Shown here piece by piece: positions 37,501 through 50,608 of a stretch of 64,000 nucleotides of DNA. The notes beneath the pieces are model-generated. The model made no database searches. It saw nothing but the letters and a program-made list of their open reading frames with translations, and was not told the DNA's origin. Location: positions 3,906,001-3,970,000 of the forward strand of contig CM102286.1 in NCBI GenBank assembly GCA_046563655.1, given 5' to 3'. Numbering within the stretch: the first letter of the stretch is position 1; each line of letters opens with the position of its first letter. Origin of the DNA: Yuukianura sp. NJ FZ-2021 (lineage: Eukaryota). Made by a program: the position numbers and the translations under genes.

Positions 37501-39156
37501 CCCTTCTGGCTGAGAAACTTCCGCGTTACTTGGATTCTGTACGAAATTATCTGCGCAGAATCATTTTTAGTAACTAGCAACTGCACATACGCAATGTACA
37601 TTTGTGTGATTTTGCTAAGGAATGTTATCCTGTTGTGCTGGGCGGACCTCCTGAGACAAAGGATTTGCTGACAAACAGATTTGATCATGTTTTCTTCACT
37701 GGATCTCCCGGAGTTGCGCGCACGATTTACACAGCGGCGGCTGCGCATTTGACTCCATGTACTCTGGAGCTCGGAGGCAAAAGGTAGTAACTGTTGTAGC
37801 ATCAAAAAACCTTAAAACTCAAACCAACTGACAGAATTGGCATAACTTACCAGAAAAAATACTTTGGTGTGCATATTTAGTCCTTGCTATGTCGATTCAT
37901 CTGCCAATTTTGAAGTCGCTGCAAAACGTATTCTATGGGCAAAATTTGTCAACTTCGGCCAAACTTGCATTGCTCCTGACTACATCCTCTGTTCTAAGAT
38001 TGCTGAAAAGGAATTCTTGAAAACCGCAAAGCAAGTGATCAGCGAATGGTACGGAGAAAGGCCTCAAGAAAATCCAGATTTACCGAGAATTGTCAACATT
38101 AACCATTTCAACAGAATCAAGAAAATGCTTGATTCTACTAAAGGTTAACTACACATTCATTGCTCATTGTTAGCTTAATTGTCAACTTACTGCTAAAAAT
38201 ATTTCATCTTTACAGGAAGAATTGCTCTTGGCGGGAAAACGGACGCAAGTGATCTCTGGGTGGATCCGACAATGATTGGTAATTTCTGTTTATACTTTAC
38301 GAGAAAAATTAATTTTTCATTTCAACTTTTTACATTTTATTTCATTCATTCTCCTATTCGAATTAATCTTTTTTTGTAGTTGATGTTGCTGAAGATGATG
38401 CTGTGATGCAAGACGAAATATTTGGACCAGTACTGCCATTTTTCACAGTCAACTCTGTTGATGAGGCGATCAAGTTCATTCTTGCGAAGTCAGGAATGCT
38501 AATCACAAATATTTTTCGAAACTTGAATTTTTTTTAAATGTTTTATTCAAAATTTTGCAGGCCAAAACCTTTGGCAGTATACACATTTTCAAATGACGAT
38601 ACTCAGAACGATAAAATTTTGAGTCAAGTTTCCAGCGGTGGCGCATGCGTCAACGACTGTCTCTGGCAAAATGCTTGTAAGTAGTACCATTATGAAAATT
38701 AATTGAAAAGATGATTTCAAATTTTAAAATTTGTGAAAACTATTTTGTATTACAGGGGAGGGACTTCCACTCGGTAACTGCAATTGCGGCTCATAAATTC
38801 CTTTAAACCAAAAATTCATTTTTCTCCTCACTTTTTCTCTCAATTTTAATTTTGAATTTTTAAATTTTAATTAAGGTGGAGTCGGAGAAAGCGGGATTGG
38901 AAGGTACCACGGAAAGTATACTTTTGACACTTTTTCCCACAAGAAAGCCGTTCTACGTCGTGGATTTGGGTACTTAAGTGAACTGCTCGGGAAACCACGC
39001 TATCCACCATACACGAACGAGAAATTGACCGTGTTCTCCTTAATCTTGTCAAATTTTCATCGATGCGCAATTTCACCAACGTTGATCACCAATATCATTT
39101 GGGGCCTGGTCGGAGCAATATTAGCATTTGCATACATACACTTTCTTCAAAATTAA
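34575..39156 (+). CDS. Aldehyde dehydrogenase family 3 (fatty aldehyde dehydrogenase-like, C-terminal TM anchor)
   Basis: [63 protein letters not shown] and RYPPY; 18-nt microexon 38756-38773; 2.3-kb intron 2. Confidence 0.95.
35131..36440. repeat. 15-bp minisatellite (consensus about AGAAAAGTCTGATCC, about 87 units) with higher-order structure
   Basis: Clear 15-nt periodicity; 60-nt blocks recur at 180-bp and 480-bp offsets (35521 block = 36001 block, 35581 block = 36061 block). Confidence 0.95.
36475..36580. repeat. 43-bp tandem repeat containing the palindrome AATACGACTWWAGTCGTATT
   Basis: Palindromes start at 36475, 36518 and 36561; intervening sequences are nearly identical. Confidence 0.9.
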
Positions 39157-39380
39157 ATATTTTACTGTTCTATTTTCTTGCTTGAATTTAATTTAGGTCT
39201 AGTTTATTTCCAAAATTACCTTGACAACAAACATTCTTTCGAATCCTTTTTTTAACATTAAAAACACAAAAGTATTGCTCTCTCATTTTTATCAGTTGTA
39301 AAACATATGCCCAAGAAAACAACTATTCTTCCTCGGTCCAGGAGGTACTCGGGCACTCTAATTCTAATTTTTAAACAGAA

Positions 39381-42222
39381 ATGCATTCCCGCCAATCCCA
39401 CCATCATCTTCATCACTCACAGTCACATGCAGGCGGTATACCGCAGCCGGTACGTCCAGTCGGTGGTCCGCAGGCAGTACGTCCAGGGTCCATCGTTTTT
39501 CCAGCACTGCAAGGAAATGTCATGGGACGTGGGCGTGGTCGTGGTGGTGGACGCGGGCGAGGACTTGGACGTGGGCGAGGAGTTGGACGTGGACAGCCGC
39601 TAGGCCGGTCTTCATATTTTCCAGAGCGTGCTAGCATAGGACTCCCCCACCACCACGGTGAAGAAGATACAGATATGGCTGCTAAGTTTGTTCGTGCATT
39701 TCGACCTGTACGTACTTCAACTGTAAAATTTACTAATTATAAGTAAAATTCAAAACTCACAAAAAATATACTCAAAAAACCTTATTATAAAAGCATTTGT
39801 AATTTTTCCCGACTATTTCTTTGAACAGATTCAATACATGCTGACACTGACAGGTCAATTTCCAATGTATAAAAAGTACAACAAAGACGACGGAACATAC
39901 ACATACCGCTGCAGGTACTTTTGTTTAAAACGAGATTTTAAAATTGAATTTGATTTCAGTTTCAATTTTTTTTTTCAAAAAAACTCCATTTTAGGTGGTA
40001 TCGGCCAGAAACGTTTTTATACATAGTGACTCTTGTTGCTCAAGCGTGTCTTGTTGTAGTCATGGCCTACAATTCTTTTACAATGTTCAGACAGCAGCCG
40101 CAACTCTGGGATAGTCGAAAACGTTCAGCTAAAATGGTGAACCAAACAGCATTGTATGACATTGTACTTGTGACAAGATATCGTCACACATTCATCACAA
40201 TATGGGTCAACCTACTCTCTGCCTTCGCAAGCCAAATCGTAATTTTGAAAAGAGTTCGTCACTTGGAAGAATACTTCAGCTACTGGACACGCACTGCTCA
40301 ACGACATCATTATGATGTCGGAGCAGGTATTTGGAAATTTTCAGTTGCGATTATGGGTGGCTACGCCTTCTACCTCGCCTTCTTTGGACTCCTTTATGGT
40401 ACAAATTTCTTTAATCTATGATTATTTAACGTTAATCTTTTACTTTACCTTAATTTTGTTAAAATTGAATTCCAGTGGTTGATTTTTCGGCGTCATTCCG
40501 TGGCATACCCACCCTGATGGCAGTTATGATGTTCAAAATGGTGGAGCCAGACATGTTGATCTTTGATGACCGCACTCAGTATGAAATCTACGTTCGAAGT
40601 CCACAGGATCGGCATTTGCTTGGCTACTACCAGCATATTGGAGCAGCCACCTTCGTCCTCCTTCTAGTCTGGTCAAAATCCAACGTTTTGATTTTCCTGT
40701 TCAAATGTAAACTACTGAGCAAAGCGTTTACGCTGTACAATCAACGCGTCTATTCATCAGTTATCAAAGGGAGATCCTCGCATTCCAAAAGAGGGAAGCT
40801 CAGCGTCCAAGTTCTGTTCAAGGTCAAGTTGAGGTCACTAGGTGACAATATTCTGAAATTAAACTTTAGTTTTCAAATTTTATAGGATCACTGCTGTATG
40901 TTGGATTTGCTAGAAGCGACGGACCACTTATTTGCAAATATTTTCGAGATTTTCATTGGTCTCCACGTATGGCTGCATTAGTTTCAAATATTATTTTACG
41001 TTTAGCACTTAAATCGTCAATGCTAAAGCTTATGATTGTCGTTTTTGAATATTTAGGTTGCTGGTCTACTTCATGAACTGTATTTTTTGGTGAGTTGAAA
41101 AGAAGCTTTAAAAAATTCAAACCATACCATACCATAAGAGCCATAGTTGGCTGTCATGCCGGTTTCTGAAGTTTCTCGTTTTGAGATTTTGATTTAAAAC
41201 TTCTGTTTTCACCTTTTCATTTTTTTTGAACATTTTTTTTTAGTTTTTAAATATCAGCCGACAAGACAGCACCGTGCAGTATGAAAAGTCTTTCGACGAC
41301 CACTATCATCCTAGACCGCACGATTATGTAAGCTAGAATTTTTTTTTCAGAATTCTCGAATTGACGAACATGCGTAAAATAAGCCCCAACTTTTTGAATT
41401 GTTTAGTTAATCAGTTAGTTGATTTCATTTGAATCGTTTCTTCACGTCAGGTTCTTTCTGCAATGATGGTTTTCCAGTACGTGTTCTTTCTCGGGTACAC
41501 TTCCCGGGTAATCTGTTTCATATATTAAATTAAGAAATACAAGTTCAACTTCTTCAACCTTGATTCGAAGAAAAGTTCTTTTTAAAAAAAAACTTAATTC
41601 ATGAATGAACAAACGGAAGAGTGTTTTGTCCAATGCAGATTGCGGCAATGGTCGGGGAACAAGCCATGGATGGGTTAGAAGTTCTGCGAAGAAGTTCTAT
41701 GATTGGTCGAGAAAATGATGCTGATTTGTTTTTCCATTTTTCTATGTACCAGAGCTACAGTGGAAGGTAATAAGACATTTAAAAGAAAAAAAATTCGGAA
41801 ATTTAAATTAAAAAATTTAACATTCTTTTCCATGAACTAAAATCTCATGACAAAATCAGAGCCGAAGGCTGTCTGCTGAAGTGTGGCGGATTTTTTACAA
41901 TTAACAAAGGATTAATGACGGGAATCTTCGGAACATTTTTGGGTATTACTCACTTCCATTGAACCTTTTCCGCTTTTCCGATTTGTTTTTATAATTTTTT
42001 TCATTATGAATTTTTCTAATTTATTATATTTTATTTTTAGGCTATTACATCATTTTACAACAGTTTCATCCTACATTTGAGAGCGTGCCGGAAGGTCCTG
42101 CAGATAGATCCGCGTATCTTCAGTATCGAGAACAAGTCGGCAAGTTTCTGTTTAGACTGGAGCACTTGGCATATTGTCATTGGACCAGAGGCATTGATGA
42201 GCCATGTCCATTTGAAACATAA
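39381..42222 (+). CDS. Gustatory receptor (GR family) with His/RG-rich N-terminus, about 11-12 exons
   Basis: AFRP|IQYMLTLTGQFPM N-terminal GR motif, several TM exons, and LKCGGFFTINKGLMTGIFGTFLG|YYIILQQF (TY-x5-QF-like TM7 motif); all predicted exons splice in frame. Confidence 0.85.
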
Positions 42223-42418
42223 ACTACACACAATTTAGCTCAACATAAAAACAATTTCAACAAAGAAACTGATTTTTTTAATAAAACTTGTAATTTGACA
42301 AAATCAGTCAAAAATAGCCATGTTAATCGTAAAAATATAAACTTATTTCTTCCTTTTGCTTCTTTTGAAGTCTGCATCTTGCGTTTCGGCTAATTTACTT
42401 TGCATCATATTGCCTTTC

Positions 42419-42997
42419 TCAGCATGTAACGTTTAAATTCCAGCCTAACGAAAAAATTCCGCGTTTTTTAGAGTTCTGTCCAGTTATTCATGTTTTCTTG
42501 ATTACCTCTCTGTATCTTGACAAAAGTTGTGCCTGGAAGGACGCAGCTGAAGTGCTCTTTGACCTCCGTGTAAGTCGCCAGAGATGGGTGGACGACGAAG
42601 TACGACGTGCACGACTTGCGCACTGGCAGTTGAAGAATGCTGCAAGGATCCCATGCTCCATAATAGTGCGCCAACATCAAGACGCCGTAGATGCACATCG
42701 TCCATGCCACTGCTTGCAGCGTCCAACTGAAAATCAAATCATTATGTAAGTGAAATGCACTTTAGATATGAAAATTTGCGTTGTAGGTTGTTACTTAAGA
42801 AAACGAATTGACCAATGTTGTGCAGATAGATCGGTTGCCTGGTGTTGGTTTTCGGAAGATGCCAAAGCAGTTTCAATCAAGTCGTGGATAGCCGCTCGAG
42901 CCTCGCTTCCACGGCGTGATACTGGGGACGCTGGAATGAGCAAGTCGTACTCCGTGTCACCACTTTCGGCTGGGTCGTCTGGTGTCACGGTGTCCAT
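42419..42997 (-). CDS. Small unknown single-pass (type II-like) membrane protein, 3 exons, about 150 aa
   Basis: Acidic N-terminus MDTVTPDD..; TM WTLQAVAWTMCIYGVLMLAHYY; 4-Cys ectodomain ending GWNLNVTC*; consistent GT-AG phases. Confidence 0.55.
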
Positions 42998-43570
42998 GAT
43001 CTTATATTCAGATGTTTTGAACCTAGCCGGGCTTCTTGTGATAAAAAAAAAAGTAAGCGCGAACCTAATATGGATCACGATTTGACAAGTCCAGCAACAC
43101 GAAAACTAAAAAATGAACAATTTTTGGAAAAGAATTCTTTGGAAGTTATTAGTACAATAGTCATCGTTGTCGTTTTGAAGCTGTGAGAAGACAAGACATG
43201 ACATAGTTGCTATGGGTTACTAAAAGTGTAAAAATTGAAGTTCAAATTTTCCTTGTGACAATCGGAATTGACGTGCTCAATTTTTTGTCAATGCAGTTCG
43301 ATTGGGCATGATGCTGTTTAGCTTTCTTTGTCGTAGAACTTGTTCGAATCCATGCCTAAGTTCAATTTTGTATAATGCACAATAAAATCGTTTCTGTAAG
43401 AGCCTGTGGCTTACTTACAGCATTATTTTTTCAATTTGGGTAAATTTTTGAGATGCAAAAGATGTTTTTCCACTTTTCTCTTTTTTCCAAATTTGGACTG
43501 AACTTCATTTTCCCTTGATTTTGAAATTTCTGCAGTAGGTTACTGTGTGGGAAGTCGCAGTGGCTTTGCC

Positions 43571-43578
43571 TATAAATA
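43571..43578 (+). promoter_or_regulatory. TATA box of the GH16 gene
   Basis: TATAAATA about 60 nt upstream of the ATG at 43633. Confidence 0.55.
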
Positions 43579-43632
43579 CGAGTGGAGGATTTGTGAGTGA
43601 CCTATTCTGTTGTGTCCAAGGTCAAGGTCAAC

Positions 43633-44720
43633 ATGGGCCACTTCGGCTTCATTGTACTTCTCATAGTTGCTGGATCTCACGGCGCAAGGCAGAAACAGTG
43701 GGAAGGCCGCCTAGTTTTCAGTGAAGAGTTTCAGGGCGGATTTTTGCGGAAACATTACTGGGACGCAGAGGAAGGATGCGAAGGTAATATGACACAACTG
43801 ATTAAATTTTTAAAATAACTAATCAATTTAGTTTAAAAACTGTTTTTTAGGAAAAGGCTATCGAGACAATAACTTGGAGTGTTTTCGGAAAGGCACAAAC
43901 AATGTCCAAGTAGAGAATGGAACACTGATTATCACTGCTCGTCCGGAAGACAACAAGGAGTACATGATGGGCGAATACAAACAGGAGAAAATGAAGTACA
44001 CTTCGGGGAAAGTCATTCAGTCTGGATTCGGATTTAGCCATGGAACCTATGTCGTCAGGGCTCGGTTGCCACGGGGAAAGCAGCTTCTACCGGCCATCTA
44101 CCTTCTGCCAATGGGACAACGAGAGAATACATGCTTCTATGAAGAAATTGACATTTTAATGGCCAGAGGTCAAAGGACATCCACACTTACTGTGGGAGCC
44201 CATCATGGAGCCTCTTATGTTTCAGTCGTGTCAAAAACAATGGAGAAAGTTTTTAGGGGAGTTGACTTTAGCAAGGAATTTCATGAATTTGCACTCAAGT
44301 GGATGCCGTCTAGACTTGAATGGTAACCAAAAATTTTAACGAGTTTATACTTTGGAATTTGGAAATTGATTAGTCAAAATTTGAAACGTTAGGTACGTTG
44401 ATGGTAAGAAAATTTATGAAGCTTCGACCCACTTTCCATCCGACTGGAAACGGAGTGACATTGTCATTCCAAAATGCGGAAATCCACAACAACCCGTTTT
44501 TCAACAGCGTTCTATGCTAGTTCTAAGCCTGTCTGTAGGCGGGCATCAGTTTCCGGAAAGCAAATACGGGACATTGACCAGGGCGGAGGCTAATGCATGG
44601 GAGAAACCTACTCTAGAAGTAGATTGGGTCAAGGTCTATGACCCAAAGGTCAATCCCGGTGTACACAAGATGACCGTGTTTAATATAACGGGTATCGACG
44701 GAATTGACCTCATATACTAA
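43633..44720 (+). CDS. Secreted GH16 beta-1,3-glucan-binding/laminarinase-like protein, 3 exons
   Basis: Signal peptide; LVFSEEF, YTSGKV, VRARLPRG..LPAIYLLP, EIDIL, FHEFALKW, W|YVDG and LEVDWVKVY. Confidence 0.9.
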
Positions 44721-45155
44721 TTTAAATGCTATTTGCAGTGTTATTTCAGTATCTAATTTATCTCACACTTGTCATGTCAGCTTGTTACAAATGAATTTTT
44801 GTTATAACTAGTGATATCCGTATACGCCTTTGATGTCTACTGTTGTTTTTTAGTCTTAGAAACTAGAGCTTTTGTTTTCTTGCCCGAAACGCGTGGCGTT
44901 GTTATTCAAACAGTATCTAAAATTAGAATTAGAAAAAAATTTCATGTCGCGAATTTATTTTTAGGCGAAATCCGGTTTTTGCACTCTGAGGAAAGTCAGT
45001 GACTCACTTCTTAGAATTTAGGCTGATCTGTAACTTCTATAAGCTTGAGTGGAAAAACTGAAATACATTCCAAACAGTTGTTTGATTCATTTTTCTCAAC
45101 ACTTTCAGAAGTTGTTCGTTTCGTTTCTTCAACTGTGTGTTGAATTTGTAAAATA

Positions 45156-48100
45156 ATGAAGAAATCATTAAACTACTACAAAATCCTTGGAGTAACTACA
45201 TCAGCTAACGATGCTGAAATTCGTTCGGCCTTTCGGTCTCAAATAATGCAGTTCCACCACGATAAAACTCCGGGTGACCCAAGTGACCTCTGCTACAACA
45301 TCATCGCAGCTTACCGAATTCTTTCAAATCCTGCCGCTCGAAAGAAGTACGACGTCGAACATAGTAAGAACAATCGCCATTTGAGTGATACCGAACTTTT
45401 TGAAAAGTACAAAAGTCAAGTAGGTCGGACCGAACAAAACGGACTCCAGATGACACCGGAACTGTTGGCACAATTAAGACTTGCGCATTGCGCAGAGAGG
45501 ATTGAAGATTATGAGCCACTGTCAACTGCCAAAGCAATCTGCTACGACCGCTGCAATTTGCTTAGCACTAAATTCAAAACGGACATTGCAAAATGGAAAG
45601 ACGATTTCAAAATCCGAGACATTCAGGACAATTTTTTCGAAACCTACCAACAAGTTATGGAAGAAACTGAAAATTTTGAGCTTCCAGTTGAAAAATTTGA
45701 CCCGTACTGGTGTGTCCTCTGTCAAAGTAATTTTGTGTCTGAAAAAGTTCATTTGGAAACTGTGTTGCAGCCATACCTAACATTTCTTGGCCTAGAAAAT
45801 TTTTCTGGAAATCGTGACGAAGGAATTGCAAGTTTATATAACTTTTTTAGTGACGCCATTGGAGTATGGTTTGATTTCGAGCCTGAACCTCCACATAATC
45901 AAATTCAATGGAGCGACTTAACCCAAATTTGTGTCGGTGTCAGTACTTTTGTCTCTGAACTGCCAGATCCGGACCACTTTCGTGACGTTGATGAGCATGT
46001 GACTTATGTTCAAAAATGTACTTGGGCTGACACTAGAATTGTTCAGTATGTGTCATGGGTTCTCATAAACAGTGACTTAGATAGCCTCAATGGAAAAGCC
46101 GACGAGCTTTTGAATGACACTGAGGATGAAGACAATGAGGAACTGTTTATATACGTCGCTGTACTCAAGGAATTCCTGGGATTCGATTTGTACGATTGGC
46201 GAAGCTTAAGAAGTATTGCATTAGAAGCTGAAGATTTAAAAATGGCACTCTTTTGGACACTGCTAATGATACAGTTAGAAATTGCAACTTCAGAAGATTG
46301 GCAAATTCCATTGGACTCTAAATTTTTCCTGGAAGGTCCACATCGCGACCTCTTCCATTCTTGGCTACTTTTGGCCATTGAACGGAAGTATATCAGCGCA
46401 GACGCCGTTTGTGAAAAACTGGCTGAAGTCAGTGATCACTTCAGCGCAATTTCGTACTACGCTCTATTTTGTCCCCTGTCAAACCTTATGACGAAGTACT
46501 TGGAACTTCTACGCACATGTCCAGACACGGCCTCAATGTACCGTACTGTCTACTACTCGCAGAAAGTGAAGTGGCTTCTGCGCAGTCTCAGTGTTGAAGA
46601 TGATCCTGGTGAGATATTGGAAGAACTGGTAGAAATTGTTCAATTACTTTTGAAAGATCCATCCGAAGCTTTCCGAGTCCTCGTTCGGAGTTTTCCGGAA
46701 AGATTGAATCAGCCCGAATTTTATCACATACACTACTGGGCAATCGAATCCTTAAAATTAGAAGTCACGTGGGAAAATTTAAAATTGATTTTGGCGGGCT
46801 GGCATTTTCTTGCAGCAGAAAACGAAGTTGATGAAGACTTTTTGGAATTTCATTCCAAGCGACTTCTTACTACTAATTTGCGGGAGAGTTTAAAATCTTA
46901 TGATTTTGAATCATTAACAGCAGCATTGAAAGAACTAAATTTGCGAAATGTTGAAGCTGCACAGGAACTTTTGGAAGAACTCAGCTCCGAACAAGAGTTA
47001 CCAAATTACACGATGGCTATGAAATTAATAATTTCTGGAACTGTTCACAAAGTACACAGAAATTGGTTGGCGGCAATTTCGGACTATCAAGACGCGTTGC
47101 TGAACACTCCTGAAATCAACTACAGACTTACACCTTGCATTTCGCAATTGTCTCAAGATTTTGAACTTCATCATGGCGTTTTGGCGGGAGTGCGGGAAAA
47201 AATTATACAGCTGAAATCAAATTTCTACAGTGAAAGTTATATTGACCTCAGTGAAGAATCTGATGTTACAAATGCTTTAGTAATTTCACATCCTGTACCA
47301 CAACATGAATTTAAATACTGTGCTCTTGCCGGGAAAATTCAAAGTGAAGAACCACACCCGCCAAACACTACTGCCCCTCCAGAAGACGTGGCTCAAATCT
47401 CTGAACCCGCTAATACACCGAACGTTACTTTGGAGAAATGTGAACGCGCTATTGAAATTGGCGAAGAAGGAAAGCCATTGGAACCGTCGGAAGCTGCTTT
47501 TGCATACCTAGATTTGCTAGAAACTTTGCCACTGGGCATGCGTCATGGTCCTTTGGTCATGGCTGCATCACATTTCTTGAGAGCAATTGAGACTGCGCAG
47601 GATTTGAGCTCAGCCTTTGCATTTAAAAATGCAATTGCAGAGTTAGCTCACCGTTTAGTCCAATTGGATTCGGACAATCAGGCTCGCGTTCAAAGTTGCC
47701 TCACGCACAAACACATGTTTTCAATTTTGCTGTCAGCCAATCAGTGTCTTTCAAAATGGAAACAAACGCAGGAACTTCGTGCAGACGCAGACCAAGATCC
47801 GAAATACAATGTAAGTGAAAGCACTGGAGGAGAAAGTAACATCGAAAATTCAGAAGAATTTGAAAAATTTCAGGAAGGCGACATTGATTACGTGCCGATT
47901 TTGGAAACTGGCTCGTATCAATCTCGAACTGAAACCGAAAAGTCAGATCCTGACCAATCTAAGTCAGAAAAATCTGAAGGAGAGGATAATGTCGTCAATG
48001 AAGGTCACCCCGAAACCGAAATGTCAAATTCATGTTCAGAGGTTACACATGCCAATTCACATGTACATAGTGCTTTGATCTCCAACTCTGACAAAACTGT

Positions 48101-50608
48101 GATAACCAAGTTACTAAAAAGTGTTGTCGGATTTTCAAAAGTGGAGCCACTTTTGAATATTCCTTGCTTAGCATCATCTGACCTAACGTACGTCGAAAAA
48201 GTCAAAACCCAGTTTCTACAACAATTTTGTCTTGACAAGGTCAAAGGTCACAAAGACTCCCAACTTCTCCCGTCAGGCGTCGATCATGCATATACACTTT
48301 TCCTAGAAGTTCTACATGGAAGAACAACTACAATTTCGTTTGAAAATGCCAAACACACTCTAATGGAGTCCATTCTCCGACAGAACCAAACGACTATGGC
48401 ACAACTCGTTCAATTTTTGGATTTCCCGTTTCTTCCAATTTTTAGGGAAAATGAAGGATGGACCAACCCAACTTCAACTTCGCTTGTGTTTCATCCGCAT
48501 TTCAAAACGTATGAATCTATTAATGGTTTCAAAATTAACTTAAGCACAGGAGCTATTTCGTTTTTACTAACTGAAGGACGTGAAATTTTCTCAACACAAG
48601 ATATGTTTGAAATTTTTCAAAACGGGTTTGTTACCTCAAAGTTGGAAATTGGAAGTGACAATTCCTGTCTTTTTCCAAATCCACTTCAAATTGTCCATTT
48701 TGAGCCACCGCATCTCGCTGGAACTGATTTCTTGAAAACACTTTTAAGAGTTTCCAACATAATCACGACTTTTGCAACTGGAATGGAGGTGAATTCAAAT
48801 CCGCCATTTTTGACTAGAGAAGTTGAAATCACATTCTTGGAACGACTCCCAACACATCTTCAGTATTTTCTGAGACCGCTTCGAGAACGCAGTGAAGCAA
48901 CAGCGAAGAGTGTTCAAAATTCTCCAAAACTTTCATTTGATTTGAATTTCACACACGCCTATTTTGAAGAAACTGAAGACGAAAACGAACTACTGTTTAC
49001 AATTGGCGATTTGGAAATGGAATTGACATGTCCAGAAGATCCGAAACCATCAATCTCTCTAGATACAAATCACAATGAACAATTAACACGCTCCAACTCA
49101 TTTCTGCGCGACTTCAATAGCAATTGTAATGAACTTGGGAAATATTTTCCAGAGTTTGAGCGTCTTAAACAACTTGGGAAAATTTCGCTGATTTGTGCCA
49201 AGTTTCAAGAAATTTTACAATCCGGAGAATATTCACCTCAAGTCATCAGCGGGATTCAGGCATTGGGGTTGAGTGACGCGATAGAGCGGGACTTTGATTT
49301 GACCTTTGACCGGAATGAGGTCAACTTCATTCCGTCTCCAAGTTGTCATTCTCATCCACATGTAATGGATGCATCAACAAACGTTTTCATGACTCCAAAG
49401 CTTGTGTATGGTCCAGTGTCTCCTCCACGCATGAGCAGTTTTGTTTCGACGCAGGATCTTCTGGCACCAAGAGAAAATGCATTGTGCGGAGATGTCTACG
49501 ACGAAACAGAATCAGGAATAATGTATGAAGTTAGTGCTACTGTAACCGTTTACCTCCGAAAAGAATATTTAGATACGCCAGAAAACGTAGCCGATTCTAT
49601 TCAGCAACCAATAGATCTTCATTATGTCGCCGAAAATAGTTTTGAAAAAGGTATTTGTAATGGTAATACTAAACTAAAAATTTAAATTTTGAAATTATTC
49701 TGACGTAGCAATGCTCACTAATTTCTAAAATTTTGGCAGATGACTTTTCTAGTGAAGATGAAATTGAAGACGCGGAGCTACTGCCTGAATTTGTATACGA
49801 AGAAGGCGACGACGCATCTTTGGATTCAGTTGCTTCAAGTCAAAGTGACGCTCATTTAGTTAAAATAGAGTTAGCTGAAATTGAAAACGTTAGTTTAGAC
49901 TCCGATTCAGACTCCACCTCTTCCTGGTGTGTTGATGATGACGCTGTACCTCAAGTAGTCGAATTTGATTCAAAACCGATTATCACAGAAGAGGTAGAAA
50001 AAACAGATGAAGCTGACGCTAGCGAAACTGTGTCAGAATCGAGCGAAGAAGATCCCAGGGCGCTTTATCGGATCAGCGAAGAATCGAACCAGGAACTCTC
50101 AGAAGATTTACTTTCGGATATCGAGGAAGATTCCTTCAGCAGCAACAAACCTAAAACTAATTCTCCAGTAACTAGCGAATACGAAGCTGACAAAAGCAGT
50201 CCTATTTGTACTGCGGATGCTCAGATTGACTCAAAAAATATAAACATCGATAGGCAAACTAGGAAACTTTCACACACCTTCCTCAGCGATGATGATAGTG
50301 AAGAGACTTCTGAGTCAATTTGTACGTCTTCAGCCGAAAGTATTTCAGACAAGGAATCAAGCGAGTCAGAAGTTACCAGGGAAGAGGATCTGAACAACAA
50401 GGTTGACCTTCAACATGTTTTCAATGCTTCCGAAAATTTCATTTGTCATAAAGTTGATGATGCTGATCAAGACGTGTCGGAACCTAGTTACTGTGCAACG
50501 GAAGAAATGAAAAAATCATTTTCCGAGTCTTCATTAATTTCATCAGCGTCAGAAGACGTCGAGGATGATGACGATTTTGTTTACCAAATTCGGAATTTGT
50601 TCCCTTGA
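45156..50608 (+). CDS. Large DnaJ-domain protein (about 1790 aa; exon 45156-49650 plus acidic exon 49739-50608)
   Basis: N-terminal NYYKILGV..EIRSAFR..FHHDK..IAAYRILSNPAARKKYD; TPR-like helices; GT-AG intron joins the two ORFs in frame. Confidence 0.8.

Noticed and set aside
39307..39637. Alternative-frame ORFs (Val-rich, Pro-Arg repeats) over the RG exon
   Set aside because: Other frames of the same low-complexity tract; only the RG frame splices into the GR.
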